Shown: positions 36,463-45,872, numbered from the stretch's first letter. The stretch: DNA of 64,000 nt from Lachnospiraceae bacterium (GCA_051888775.1 JBJFCE010000050.1:24879-88878); one strand, 5' to 3'. Program-made: numbers and translations. The notes: generated from the letters alone by a model not told the origin.

Positions 36463-38352
36463 CTACATCTCCTGCTCATGCTTTGCCAATGCTTCTTTCG
36501 GATTATAAGTCGGTACGATTTCCCGTACAATCTCCTTAATACGGGCATCCTCATGGTTCGCAGCCGACTTTAGATCCCGAAGCTGTCTGAAGAAGGTCAT
36601 TTCATCGATATCGATCGGTCTTCCGATATGGATCAGCTTATTGGCCGTATCCGTCATGCCCTCCTCATTCATCAAAAGCTCTTCATATAATTTTTCACCG
36701 GGACGAAGCCCCGTAAACACGATCTTGATATCTTCATCCACTTTATAGCCGGACAGACGGATCAGATTCTTTGCCAGATCCAGAATCTTGACCGGTTCTC
36801 CCATATCCAGAATAAAGATCTCGCCGCCCTTGGCATAGGCCCCCGCCTGAAGAACCAGTGACACCGCTTCCTGAATCGTCATAAAATAGCGGATAATATC
36901 GGGATGCGTGACCGTAACGGGACCGCCCGCCTCGATCTGCTTACGAAACAGCGGAATCACACTTCCGTTGCTTCCGAGAACATTTCCGAAACGCACTGCA
37001 ACAAATTCCGTATCATAATGACGGTTAAAGGTCTGGATGATCATTTCACAGATTCTCTTTGTTGCACCCATAATATTGGTCGGATTGACTGCTTTATCCG
37101 TAGAAATCATAACGAACTTCTTAACACCGTTCATTGCCGCTGCCTGCGCAGTCTTCCATGTACCGAACACATTATTCTTGACTGCCTCGTTCGGACTTTC
37201 CTCCATGAGCGGTACATGCTTATGGGCTGCCGCATGGTAAACAATATCCGGATGATACGTTTCAAAAATACTGTTCATACGGCTCGTATTACGTATCGAA
37301 CCGATCAGCACGACCAGATTCAGCCTCGGATACTTTGCCAAAAGCTCCTGCTGGATATCATAGGCGCTATTTTCATAGATATCAAAAATGATCAGCTGTG
37401 CCGGCTGATGCGTGGCAATCTGACGACACAACTCGCTGCCGATGGAACCGCCGCCGCCCGTGACCAGTACGACTTTGCCCTTCACATAGTTTAAGATAGA
37501 GTCCAGATCAACCTTGATCGGTTCTCTGCCGAGCAGATCTTCCACGTCCACATCACGGATCTTGCTGACATTGACTTCTCCGTTGACAAGCTGATACATA
37601 CCGGGAAGCGTGCGGAGCTTACAGTCCGTCTCTTTGCAGATATTAATCAGATCACGGATGATGTATTTCGGTACGGAAGGAAGGGCAATGATAATCTCAT
37701 CAATCTGATATTTTTTTGCCGCTTCAATGATCCGGTCACGTCCTCCGACTACCTTGATACCCTGCACATATCTGCCCCATTTATTCTTATCATCATCAAT
37801 GACACATTTGATGCTCATCGTAGAATAATGGCTGCCGATGATTTCCTTCATGATGACGTTTCCTGCATCACCGGCACCAATGATCATCACCGCAGTTCCA
37901 TTTTTACTGTTGCTTCTTCTGTGCTTTGCTTCCCTCAAAAAACGATAGGAAAAACGGCTCAATAATGTCAACGCGAATAACACGAGCAGGAAAATAAAAT
38001 AATAACTCCTCGGTACATAGCGCCCCGTAAAATGCAGTCCGACACACTGGATCAGTGCACTGACGCAGCAGGCTGCCGCCATATTCTGCATCTCCGTCAC
38101 ACCTGCATAGGCCCAAAGGCTGTGATACAGCCGAAACAGATAAAATACCAGAATCGTCAAAAGAATTCCAAACGGCAGAAACCATTTGACATTATCGACA
38201 AATAATTGCGGAATCGCATCAATCCGAAATTCATATCGCATGATAAGCGGAATATAACTTGCCAATACAACCGCAATCATATCATATACGATCAAAAACG
38301 CTCTCCGTATAATCAGCTTTGTATTTAAAATCTTTTTCTCTACCTGATTCAT
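36463..38352 (-). CDS. membrane-anchored UDP-HexNAc 4,6-dehydratase (CapD/PglF/WbpM family)
   Basis: 629 aa. N-terminal hydrophobic spans, then IIGAGDAGNVI and VLVTGGGGSIGSELCRQI Rossmann motifs. Confidence 0.8.
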   Translation of the reverse strand: MNQVEKKILNTKLIIRRAFLIVYDMIAVVLASYIPLIMRYEFRIDAIPQLFVDNVKWFLPFGILLTILVFYLFRLYHSLWAYAGVTEMQNMAAACCVSALIQCVGLHFTGRYVPRSYYFIFLLVLFALTLLSRFSYRFLREAKHRRSNSKNGTAVMIIGAGDAGNVIMKEIIGSHYSTMSIKCVIDDDKNKWGRYVQGIKVVGGRDRIIEAAKKYQIDEIIIALPSVPKYIIRDLINICKETDCKLRTLPGMYQLVNGEVNVSKIRDVDVEDLLGREPIKVDLDSILNYVKGKVVLVTGGGGSIGSELCRQIATHQPAQLIIFDIYENSAYDIQQELLAKYPRLNLVVLIGSIRNTSRMNSIFETYHPDIVYHAAAHKHVPLMEESPNEAVKNNVFGTWKTAQAAAMNGVKKFVMISTDKAVNPTNIMGATKRICEMIIQTFNRHYDTEFVAVRFGNVLGSNGSVIPLFRKQIEAGGPVTVTHPDIIRYFMTIQEAVSLVLQAGAYAKGGEIFILDMGEPVKILDLAKNLIRLSGYKVDEDIKIVFTGLRPGEKLYEELLMNEEGMTDTANKLIHIGRPIDIDEMTFFRQLRDLKSAANHEDARIKEIVREIVPTYNPKEALAKHEQEM

Positions 38353-38424
38353 ATTTACACCTGTTTTAGTCCATTTATTACAACTGTCCGTATTCCGCTT
38401 TCTTTTTCCGAAATACCCGACTTA

Positions 38425-41115
38425 TTATTTTACCACATTTTTATCCATTCGCATAGTAATTAGTAAAAACAGATATGCAAATCCAAGCGGCATATTCGGA
38501 TTTCCCGTGTATTCCGAAATACTCGTAATGAGATATGCCGCAGAGATCATTAAAGAAAGATACATGGCTTCACTCCTGTCCTGCCCCTTCCATATCAGGA
38601 TCACCGAGCGCATGATCACAAGCAGGCACAGCCCCAGTGACAACATTCCCGTCAGGATACCGAAATCGTATGCCATCTGGATAAAGGTATTATGCGAATG
38701 TGCGATCTGCGTCCCGTCCTCATGTATCAGAACCATACTGTCATGTCCCGTCCAGTTCAAATCTTTCAGGTACATTTTAAAAATGCCGATTCTGCCATTT
38801 GACATTTCATTAATCTTGGAAGGCTGTACTGCCTGCTCCTGCACATCAACCTGATCGGCTGATGTAAGCAGCTGTACTTCTTCCTGCACCAGCCCGATCT
38901 CCGAACCGTCCGTACTGCCGGATGCCAGATCCCCCAATGGCTGCATATCCATCTGCTGCGGTTTGGCAAGTGCATCATCCGCAAACGGTCTTACCATAAA
39001 CTCAGGCAGTCCGAATCTGTCTCCCAAAAGGCGCATCAATGCCTTAAAATTCATATATTTATAAGAATCCGGCGCATCTCCCTTTTTAACAGCTTCCTTG
39101 AAATCCTCCAATTCGGCAACCATATAACGCGGTTCATTGACAACCGCAGGGATACAGCGTGTTGCCGTATAGCACACCGGAACACTTAAGACTACCATCA
39201 ATATCAGGCTCCCAAATACACGGATATACTGTTTCCAGGACAAATGCTCCGTAACAATTGCCGCAATCAACAGAATTGCCAAAATTCCGCATACTCCCAT
39301 CAAGGTTGTTCTGGCAGCCGTAAATATAATATAAGCAGTCACCACGCCGTAACAGACCCACTCCTTCATACAACCGCAAAAGACGCTTCTCATCTTACGC
39401 ATCCGCATATACAGCCGGACAATAGCAACCGTTTCGACAAGTATCAGATACATTCCCGTACTTGCCACAGTATGAAACCACATCGGATAGCGATTAAACT
39501 GATAATACTCATACGGTCTGTATAAGAGACACAATATCAGAATCAATCCGAAATTCACCAACACGGCATTTTCGAAATTTCTGATCACTCTGCGGCATCC
39601 CTGATCAGAATCATACTGCAAAAAGAATAACGTAAATGTTACTGCCATCATAAACGGCCAGCGCTTTCCGTGAGATGCCAGAATCATCCCGATACACATC
39701 AAAAGCCAGATAACAGCAACCGGAAGATTGACCTTACGAAGCTTCTTATCATTCCATGTACGGATCGTTTTTGCCAGAATCACACCCCAAACAAATACCG
39801 CCACCATAAAAACTGCTCCGACCTGTATTCCATGATCCTCCCCTGCATGCAGATAGCAATAAACCATGCCCGCAGGAATCATAAAAAGTCCCCACACCAG
39901 CGTAACTATGTTAAACAAATCACGCGCACGGTAAGATACTGCAATAGCCAAACCGAACAGCAGCAATACCCAGTTTCCGTTCAGGTCCTGTTTCCACTGC
40001 ACAGAAGAATTCACATACATAATTCCCGCATAAAGTAACAGCACAAGAGACAAGGTCTGCAGATAATTCTGCCACATCAAAACATCGGTATACTTATCCA
40101 GTTCCTCACGCATTGCGGATACTTTCCTCTTGCGTACTTTATTTTTTCCGGATACAGATATCCGCACCGTATCATTTTGCTTCCACGCCCTTTGCACGAA
40201 TAAAGCGCCGCCTGCTCCCAGAATCAGACATGACACCGCATACACACCGATATCCAGTGCCATTCCTCCAAACATGCGAGTAATGCACAACTGATAGAAT
40301 GCAAAAATGAGCCCCAGCCCATAAATTGCCGCACCCAAGATCAGCAGGCACCTTTTCAGTACACGCTTTTTCTCAGAGGAAAGCGCAGCAATCAGATGCA
40401 TGATCCATACTGCTGCCACATATCCGGCAACTCCGGCTATCAGAATCCCGATCGTACAAAGCACACGCAGACCATCGGAAAACGGCTCGCTATAGCGAAA
40501 TTCCATCAAAACAGCCTGTCCCTGTGTTAATATCCCCGCATACGTAAAGGACTCAAGTTCCGGAACTTTCAGTTCCTCCAGATTACCGTAAACAGCCGTC
40601 AAAACTCCTTCGCTGTCAAAATGAGTGTTAACGCCGACATAATAGATCTGTCCCGGTACCACATCCAACTGCGGACTGACCGAAATACAGCCCATCGCTT
40701 CAATATCGCTGAAGTAGACAACCTCCTGCCAGATCATATCAAATGCATCATTATAAATTGTTACAAATACCCGGTCCTGCTCATGCACTCCGTCAACACG
40801 CACTGCCATTACCATATCTGCAATATGGTAATCTGCCGGAACAAAAGGCTGAAGCACGATCTCATCCATCGTCACAGCTCCTGTTTCTGCCGTAACAATA
40901 CCTTCCCGGTATGTCGAAGTATGGGAATGTTCAAAAACACGAAAAGGCCATACCATCAAAAGAAGGATGACCACCATCGTAACAATACAGATCTGTGCAA
41001 TTGTATTTCGTTTTAATGCGCCTTTCGCGGACACATGACTATGCGTCTTTCTTTGGCTGGAATGTTGAATCTCCATAGATACCCCGTTCTGATTCCGAAG
41101 CGTTCTCTCCGACAC
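38425..41115 (-). CDS. 896-aa O-antigen-ligase-family (WaaL/PglL motif) polytopic membrane protein
   Basis: Many membrane spans. Near the C-terminus, HSHNTFIQMAYDFGILTG fits the ligase motif H[NSQ]x9Gxx[GTY]. An acidic, Q-rich, low-complexity loop precedes it. The ORF-track start overlaps the upstream gene by 77 nt; the real start is probably an internal ATG. Confidence 0.6.
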   Translation of the reverse strand: MSERTLRNQNGVSMEIQHSSQRKTHSHVSAKGALKRNTIAQICIVTMVVILLLMVWPFRVFEHSHTSTYREGIVTAETGAVTMDEIVLQPFVPADYHIADMVMAVRVDGVHEQDRVFVTIYNDAFDMIWQEVVYFSDIEAMGCISVSPQLDVVPGQIYYVGVNTHFDSEGVLTAVYGNLEELKVPELESFTYAGILTQGQAVLMEFRYSEPFSDGLRVLCTIGILIAGVAGYVAAVWIMHLIAALSSEKKRVLKRCLLILGAAIYGLGLIFAFYQLCITRMFGGMALDIGVYAVSCLILGAGGALFVQRAWKQNDTVRISVSGKNKVRKRKVSAMREELDKYTDVLMWQNYLQTLSLVLLLYAGIMYVNSSVQWKQDLNGNWVLLLFGLAIAVSYRARDLFNIVTLVWGLFMIPAGMVYCYLHAGEDHGIQVGAVFMVAVFVWGVILAKTIRTWNDKKLRKVNLPVAVIWLLMCIGMILASHGKRWPFMMAVTFTLFFLQYDSDQGCRRVIRNFENAVLVNFGLILILCLLYRPYEYYQFNRYPMWFHTVASTGMYLILVETVAIVRLYMRMRKMRSVFCGCMKEWVCYGVVTAYIIFTAARTTLMGVCGILAILLIAAIVTEHLSWKQYIRVFGSLILMVVLSVPVCYTATRCIPAVVNEPRYMVAELEDFKEAVKKGDAPDSYKYMNFKALMRLLGDRFGLPEFMVRPFADDALAKPQQMDMQPLGDLASGSTDGSEIGLVQEEVQLLTSADQVDVQEQAVQPSKINEMSNGRIGIFKMYLKDLNWTGHDSMVLIHEDGTQIAHSHNTFIQMAYDFGILTGMLSLGLCLLVIMRSVILIWKGQDRSEAMYLSLMISAAYLITSISEYTGNPNMPLGFAYLFLLITMRMDKNVVK

Positions 41116-42025
41116 GCTCCCTTACTACAAATTGCGGAGAACGATTCATACTGATATACATTCTGCCGATATATTCTCCGATCATGCCAAGCATAAGCAT
41201 GATCATGCCGCCGATAAATACCAGTGCGGACATCATGGCACTAAATCCGATCGGCACATCGGGATTGACAAATTTCTTGATCACGGTATAGATTCCGTAT
41301 AGAAAACCGCATGCTGCGGTGATACAGCCCAATACCGTTGCAATTCTGAGCGGCTTGATCGAAAATGCCGTGAAACCGTTAAACCAAAGCGCCAGAAGCT
41401 TCTTCATCGTATATCCGGATGTTCCGATCTCTCTTTCCCGGTGTGTGACATCCACATTGATAATGTTTTTGGTTGCCCGCAGTACCAGCCCTATCACATA
41501 GGGATAGGAATGCTCGTACTGAAGCATGTTATCCACGACAAAACGCCTTGCCGCAAAATAACTCGAAACATACAGATCCTTCGGTTTTCCAAGCATTACC
41601 CTCGTCATCCAGTCATTTACCCTGCTTCCGAAATTACGGAATGCAGAATGCTTTTTATTAGTATAGCGGGCATACACAACATCACTGCCCCCACGAATCC
41701 CGTCAAGCAATTTCCCGACTTCATTTGCCGGTGTCTGTCCGTCGTCATCCAGACATACTATAACATCGCCGCTCACTTCATGAAATCCCGCCATCAGTGC
41801 CGCATGCTGCCCAAAATTTCTGGCCAGATTGACTCCTGTCACATTGGGATTCTCCGAAGCAATCCTGCGGATTGTCTCAAAAGTATCATCCGTTGAACAG
41901 TCATTGACCAGAATCAGCTCATAACTGTATTCCGGCATAGTTGCCATGGTCTCCTTGATCTCCGCTACCACCCCGGGCAGCGTCTGTGCCGAACGATAGC
42001 ACGGTATCACAAAACTTACTTTCAT
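41039..42025 (-). CDS. polyprenyl-phosphate glycosyltransferase (ArnC/GtrB/CsbB-like GT2)
   Basis: VSFVIPCYRSAQTL...LILVNDCSTDDT...VCLDDDGQTP, plus two C-terminal hydrophobic helices: the architecture of Und-P-sugar synthases. Confidence 0.75.
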   Translation of the reverse strand: MKVSFVIPCYRSAQTLPGVVAEIKETMATMPEYSYELILVNDCSTDDTFETIRRIASENPNVTGVNLARNFGQHAALMAGFHEVSGDVIVCLDDDGQTPANEVGKLLDGIRGGSDVVYARYTNKKHSAFRNFGSRVNDWMTRVMLGKPKDLYVSSYFAARRFVVDNMLQYEHSYPYVIGLVLRATKNIINVDVTHREREIGTSGYTMKKLLALWFNGFTAFSIKPLRIATVLGCITAACGFLYGIYTVIKKFVNPDVPIGFSAMMSALVFIGGMIMLMLGMIGEYIGRMYISMNRSPQFVVRERVGENASESERGIYGDSTFQPKKDA

Positions 42026-42567
42026 ATGTTCCTCCGTTCCTTTGGATTGATCATTCCCATAAAGATCACATCCTGAAACTGTCCATCCAAATATACATCA
42101 TCACAAAATCTGCCTTCCTCGACAAATCCTGCTTTTTCATAGCTTCTTTTTGCTCTCGGATTATTGGCAAGTACCCGCAGCATGATCCGGTGAAGCTTTA
42201 ACTCCTCAAAGGCATACTGCACGGCAAGATGCGCCGCCTCCGTGCCGATCCCAATCCCGAGCGCCTCCTTCACACCGATGAAAATGCCATATTCCGCCTT
42301 CCGGTGCTCTCTGTCGATATCCCGAAAATAAACGCTTCCGACCGGTGTATCATCTTTTTTCAGACAAATCACAAACTGCACAACGTGCCCCGGCACGATC
42401 TGTGTCCGAATCCACTCCAAATGCCCCTCTCCGGTAAATGGTCTGCGGTAAATAAAATTCTCCCTGACAAAATCTTCATTACGCCATGACACAATAAGAT
42501 CTGTATCTTCCTGTGTCATCAGCCTTAAATAGACTTTTTCGCCTTCCAATTTATCTTTTTGCTCCAT
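42022..42567 (-). CDS. GNAT N-acetyltransferase (RimJ/RimL-like)
   Basis: 181 aa. LRLMTQEDTDLIVSWRNEDFVRENF...GIGIGTEAAHLAVQYAFEELKLHRIMLRVLANNPRAKRSYEKAGF. AAGGAG upstream of the ATG. Confidence 0.75.
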   Translation of the reverse strand: MEQKDKLEGEKVYLRLMTQEDTDLIVSWRNEDFVRENFIYRRPFTGEGHLEWIRTQIVPGHVVQFVICLKKDDTPVGSVYFRDIDREHRKAEYGIFIGVKEALGIGIGTEAAHLAVQYAFEELKLHRIMLRVLANNPRAKRSYEKAGFVEEGRFCDDVYLDGQFQDVIFMGMINPKERRNI

Positions 42568-42597
42568 ATTATCTCCTTAATTTAACCAGCCGCCATA

Positions 42598-42796
42598 GGT
42601 GCTTGTGAAGCTTTGCCGGCAGGGCGGTACGGGAATCCAACACCTGTCAGCTGCGGGCACTGTGAGTCCGTCGGTACTTAGGCACCGTATTTTGGTGCCT
42701 TATGTACCGCTACGGACGAAGTGTAGCGAAAGCGTGCCCGCAGCTGACAGGTATTGGATTCCCGTACCGCCCTGCCGGCAAAGTTTCGCAAGCACC
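42598..42796. repeat. long-hairpin intergenic element E7 (A-type core, inverted relative to E2/E3)
   Basis: Arms 42598-42660 and 42734-42796 are complementary at 60 of 63 positions. The reverse complement of core 42661-42733 differs from the E2 core at 1 of 73 positions. Confidence 0.9.
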
Positions 42797-42809
42797 CAAA
42801 TCTTTTCCG

Positions 42810-44648
42810 TTATCCGAGCAGCTGATACAGCCGCACACGGTAAATCATAAACCTGATCTTTCCGTCAACGCGAAATACTGCCTCCGTATCGAGCCGTACC
42901 TCATAGCCCTTACTCTTATAATAAGCAACAAACCAATCCATATCGCGATCGATTCTCGTTACAAAATAAACATTATTCATATTTATAAGATCGGACTCGA
43001 TATTTCCGATCCCCCGCTTTGACAGCTTTTCCATATAAACCGGGCTGCCTGCTGCCCAGCCGCCGCAGATATCATAGTTCCGGTAGCTGTTATCCACATC
43101 CACAAACATTTTCTCGGAATACTGTACCGTAGAATATACGTCCAAAAGATAATAGTTATCGGGATTGTCCATAAAATATTGTCTTAGCAGATTCCACTCG
43201 CGATTCACATCTGCCCTGTATTCCTGCTTTTCCTCCACTGTACGCACATTCCGAACGATCGGTATCACACACAGCGTCACAAGCAGCAGCACCATTGTAT
43301 ACGGCCAGTATTTCCGGTATTGCGGAATATACGGAGGTCTGGTTTCTCCATGCTGCGTTAGGACTGCCGCTTTATTACGGTATTCCTCAAACATCTGATA
43401 AGTCTCTGTCAAAAGCATTGCTGCCAGGATCAGCACTTCCGTCAGATACAGGGATACCGTAACCCTGTCAACAATCCGCCCCCGCATGATCAGAAACATC
43501 CAACTGATCGATCGCATGCCAAACAGTAACGGCAGCTTCCATAAGACGCTCGGCGCCTTTCGCATCAGTCCGGTCAGAAACACCAGACCATATAACATCC
43601 ATACAAGATAGATCCACGGTGCATCGTCCGTATGTGTCAGGCGGTAGAGGTACTGTTTCAAGCCTTCATAAAAATCATATCGAAAATAATGTTTCCCCAA
43701 ATAGACACGATTATAATCTATGATGTCACTCAACATTTGCGCATCGATCTTTTCATCCAACGCAAAATTGTAATTCGTCAGCAAATATTCCTCTGCACTT
43801 GACAGACCGATTGACTGATAAAAAGCAGCATTTTCTTCATAAGCAGGAGGTGTCTGCTGAAAATCATAAAGTTCTGTCCGATAATCAAAAAATGCCTGAA
43901 ATTCTTTCCACTCCCCGCTTCTGTATGCAATCTCGTTGGCAATCATGCCAATCCCCATACCGATCATCACTACAATCACAGTACTCAGATATTTCACAAC
44001 ATTTTGAATCTGAAGCGGTCTGCTTCCTGTTTTTCTTGCCCCAAGCATCCACTTTGCAAAACCTGCCGCCCCCACAAGCGGGCAAAGTAACAACATCATT
44101 TCCGTTCTGATATAGAATGCCAGTATCACAAGGCACATACTGACAATATTCTTGCGGATAAATGCGCCTGTTTCCAATCTGTCATCCGTGGTATAAAACA
44201 AAAAGATACCTGTTGCCGTCAGAAGCGCACAGGTAACGGTATACTGTACAAACACAAGCTCATACAGCAAAAGTCCCCCTAGAAGTAACATTTCGCTCAT
44301 CAAAAGCAGGCACTTTTTCAATATTCTGGAAAGGAATGAGACCGTCCGTTTTGCGATCAGAAATGCACACAGGAAATGGCATGCACACAAAAAAATGCCA
44401 TACCACGGCAATGACGGCACCAACCTGTAAGCCATACTGATCAAAAGTCCCGCCGGATACAGCATTTGTATATTCATGGCGTTTGGCGCACCTGTGTATG
44501 TTCCGGACAGGATATCCTTGATCAACACATCATCATTCAGATCATAATAACAATCAAAGAAATACCCGGTTAAAATACAGCAGACCGTTACTGCAACCAG
44601 TGCAAGCAGGGCATCCCGTATTGTTTTTGATCTCTGCTCTTCTCTCAT
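42810..44648 (-). CDS. 612-aa polytopic membrane protein with a C-terminal soluble domain (candidate GT-C type transferase)
   Basis: The N-terminal two thirds are multi-span, with a first loop YYDLNDDVLIKDILSGTY. The C-terminal ~150 aa are hydrophilic. Translationally coupled to the upstream aminotransferase. No family recognised. Confidence 0.4.
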   Translation of the reverse strand: MREEQRSKTIRDALLALVAVTVCCILTGYFFDCYYDLNDDVLIKDILSGTYTGAPNAMNIQMLYPAGLLISMAYRLVPSLPWYGIFLCACHFLCAFLIAKRTVSFLSRILKKCLLLMSEMLLLGGLLLYELVFVQYTVTCALLTATGIFLFYTTDDRLETGAFIRKNIVSMCLVILAFYIRTEMMLLLCPLVGAAGFAKWMLGARKTGSRPLQIQNVVKYLSTVIVVMIGMGIGMIANEIAYRSGEWKEFQAFFDYRTELYDFQQTPPAYEENAAFYQSIGLSSAEEYLLTNYNFALDEKIDAQMLSDIIDYNRVYLGKHYFRYDFYEGLKQYLYRLTHTDDAPWIYLVWMLYGLVFLTGLMRKAPSVLWKLPLLFGMRSISWMFLIMRGRIVDRVTVSLYLTEVLILAAMLLTETYQMFEEYRNKAAVLTQHGETRPPYIPQYRKYWPYTMVLLLVTLCVIPIVRNVRTVEEKQEYRADVNREWNLLRQYFMDNPDNYYLLDVYSTVQYSEKMFVDVDNSYRNYDICGGWAAGSPVYMEKLSKRGIGNIESDLINMNNVYFVTRIDRDMDWFVAYYKSKGYEVRLDTEAVFRVDGKIRFMIYRVRLYQLLG

Positions 44649-45775
44649 ACGTGATAGAACTCCTTCACCTTGCCTGCAATGTAATCTACCTGATCCATGC
44701 TCAGTGTATAGAACATCGGCAGACGTAACAGCCGCTCACTTTCCCTCGTCGTATAACGATCCTCACCATGGAAGCGTCCGAATTTCTGACCGGCCGGTGC
44801 AGAATGAAGCGGAATATAATGGAATACCGATAAAATCTCATTCTCCTTTAAGAAATTGATCAGCCTCGTACGCTCTTCAATGTCCCTTGCCTTAATATAA
44901 TACATATGGGCATTGTGTACGCAGCCGTCCGGAATGGTCGGACACTGAATCAATTCCTGTGCCTCTAACGGACGTAACAGTTCGTCATACCGGTTCCAAA
45001 GCGCCAGACGTTTCTCATTGATCTCATCCGCCATGCTTAACTGCGCCCAGAGATAGGCTGCATTCATATCACTTGGCAGATAGGAAGAACCATGATTTAC
45101 CCATGTATATTTATCGATCTGCCCACGGTAGAATTTGGAACGGTTGGTTCCCTTTTCACGGATGATCTCCGCATCCTCGATATACTTTTCGTCACGGATC
45201 AGGAGCGCTCCGCCCTCACCCATGCTATAATTTTTGGTCTCATGGAAACTGAAGCAGCCGAAATCTCCGATCGTTCCGAGTGCCTGTCCTTTATAAGACG
45301 ACATGATCCCCTGTGCCGCATCCTCAATAACCATCAGATTGTGGCGTTTTGCAATATCCATAATCGTATCCATTTCGCAGGCAACTCCGGCATAATGCAC
45401 CGGTACAATCGCACGGGTATGCTCCGTAACCGCATCCTCAATAAGTGTTTCATCAATATTCATCGTATCCGGACGGATATCCACAAACACCACCTTGGCT
45501 CCGCGCAGAACAAACGCATCTGCCGTAGACACAAAGGTATAGGAGGGCATGATCACTTCATCTCCCTCTTTGATATCCGCAAGCAGTGCCGCAAGCTCGG
45601 TCGCATGTGTGCAGGAGGTTGTTAAAAGGCATTTCTTTGTCCCTGTTTTTGCCTCAATCCATTCGTTACACTGTTTTGTAAACGGACCGTCACCGCAGAT
45701 TTTCTGGTTCTTTACTGCCTGTCCGATATATTCAATTTCTTTTCCCGTATAGGGCGGAATATTAAAAGGAATCAT
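44645..45775 (-). CDS. DegT-family aminotransferase (WecE-like, dTDP-4-keto-6-deoxyhexose type)
   Basis: IPFNIPPYTGKEIEYIGQAV...TSCTHATELAALL... and the PLP-lysine block FSFHETKNYSMGEGGALLI. I prefer ATG 45775 (GAGGGAG 5 nt upstream) over ORF-track start 45847. Confidence 0.75.
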   Translation of the reverse strand: MIPFNIPPYTGKEIEYIGQAVKNQKICGDGPFTKQCNEWIEAKTGTKKCLLTTSCTHATELAALLADIKEGDEVIMPSYTFVSTADAFVLRGAKVVFVDIRPDTMNIDETLIEDAVTEHTRAIVPVHYAGVACEMDTIMDIAKRHNLMVIEDAAQGIMSSYKGQALGTIGDFGCFSFHETKNYSMGEGGALLIRDEKYIEDAEIIREKGTNRSKFYRGQIDKYTWVNHGSSYLPSDMNAAYLWAQLSMADEINEKRLALWNRYDELLRPLEAQELIQCPTIPDGCVHNAHMYYIKARDIEERTRLINFLKENEILSVFHYIPLHSAPAGQKFGRFHGEDRYTTRESERLLRLPMFYTLSMDQVDYIAGKVKEFYHV

Positions 45776-45872
45776 ATTGGCTCCCTCATCCTCTCTTGTA
45801 TCTGTCAGACATTTGCTCCGGCAGAGACTTGAATCTGTTTTTATCATGCACCATTCAGATGCCTACGCGCAC

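Noticed and set aside
38425-41115. 77-nt overlap between the 896-aa ORF and the upstream ArnC-like gene, considered as a possible frameshift or fusion signal
   Set aside because: This is more simply explained by the ORF track using the most upstream ATG. In-frame ATGs at about 41076 and about 40977 give normal coupling. There is no evidence of a frameshift.
2969-42796. Could the repeated hairpins be a CRISPR array, or ordinary Rho-independent terminators?
   Set aside because: The copies are 137-255 bp, separated by kilobases of coding sequence, and have different arm sequences. That rules out a CRISPR array. The stems of 32-85 bp with 73-87 nt cores and no trailing U tract do not fit intrinsic terminators.
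42599-43022. ORFs 42599-42850(+) and 42702-43022(+) across E7; similarly 21644-21946(+) across E4 and 35028-35222(-) across E6
   Set aside because: The same palindrome artefact: they read through hairpin arms and into the antisense of neighbouring genes. I do not consider them coding.
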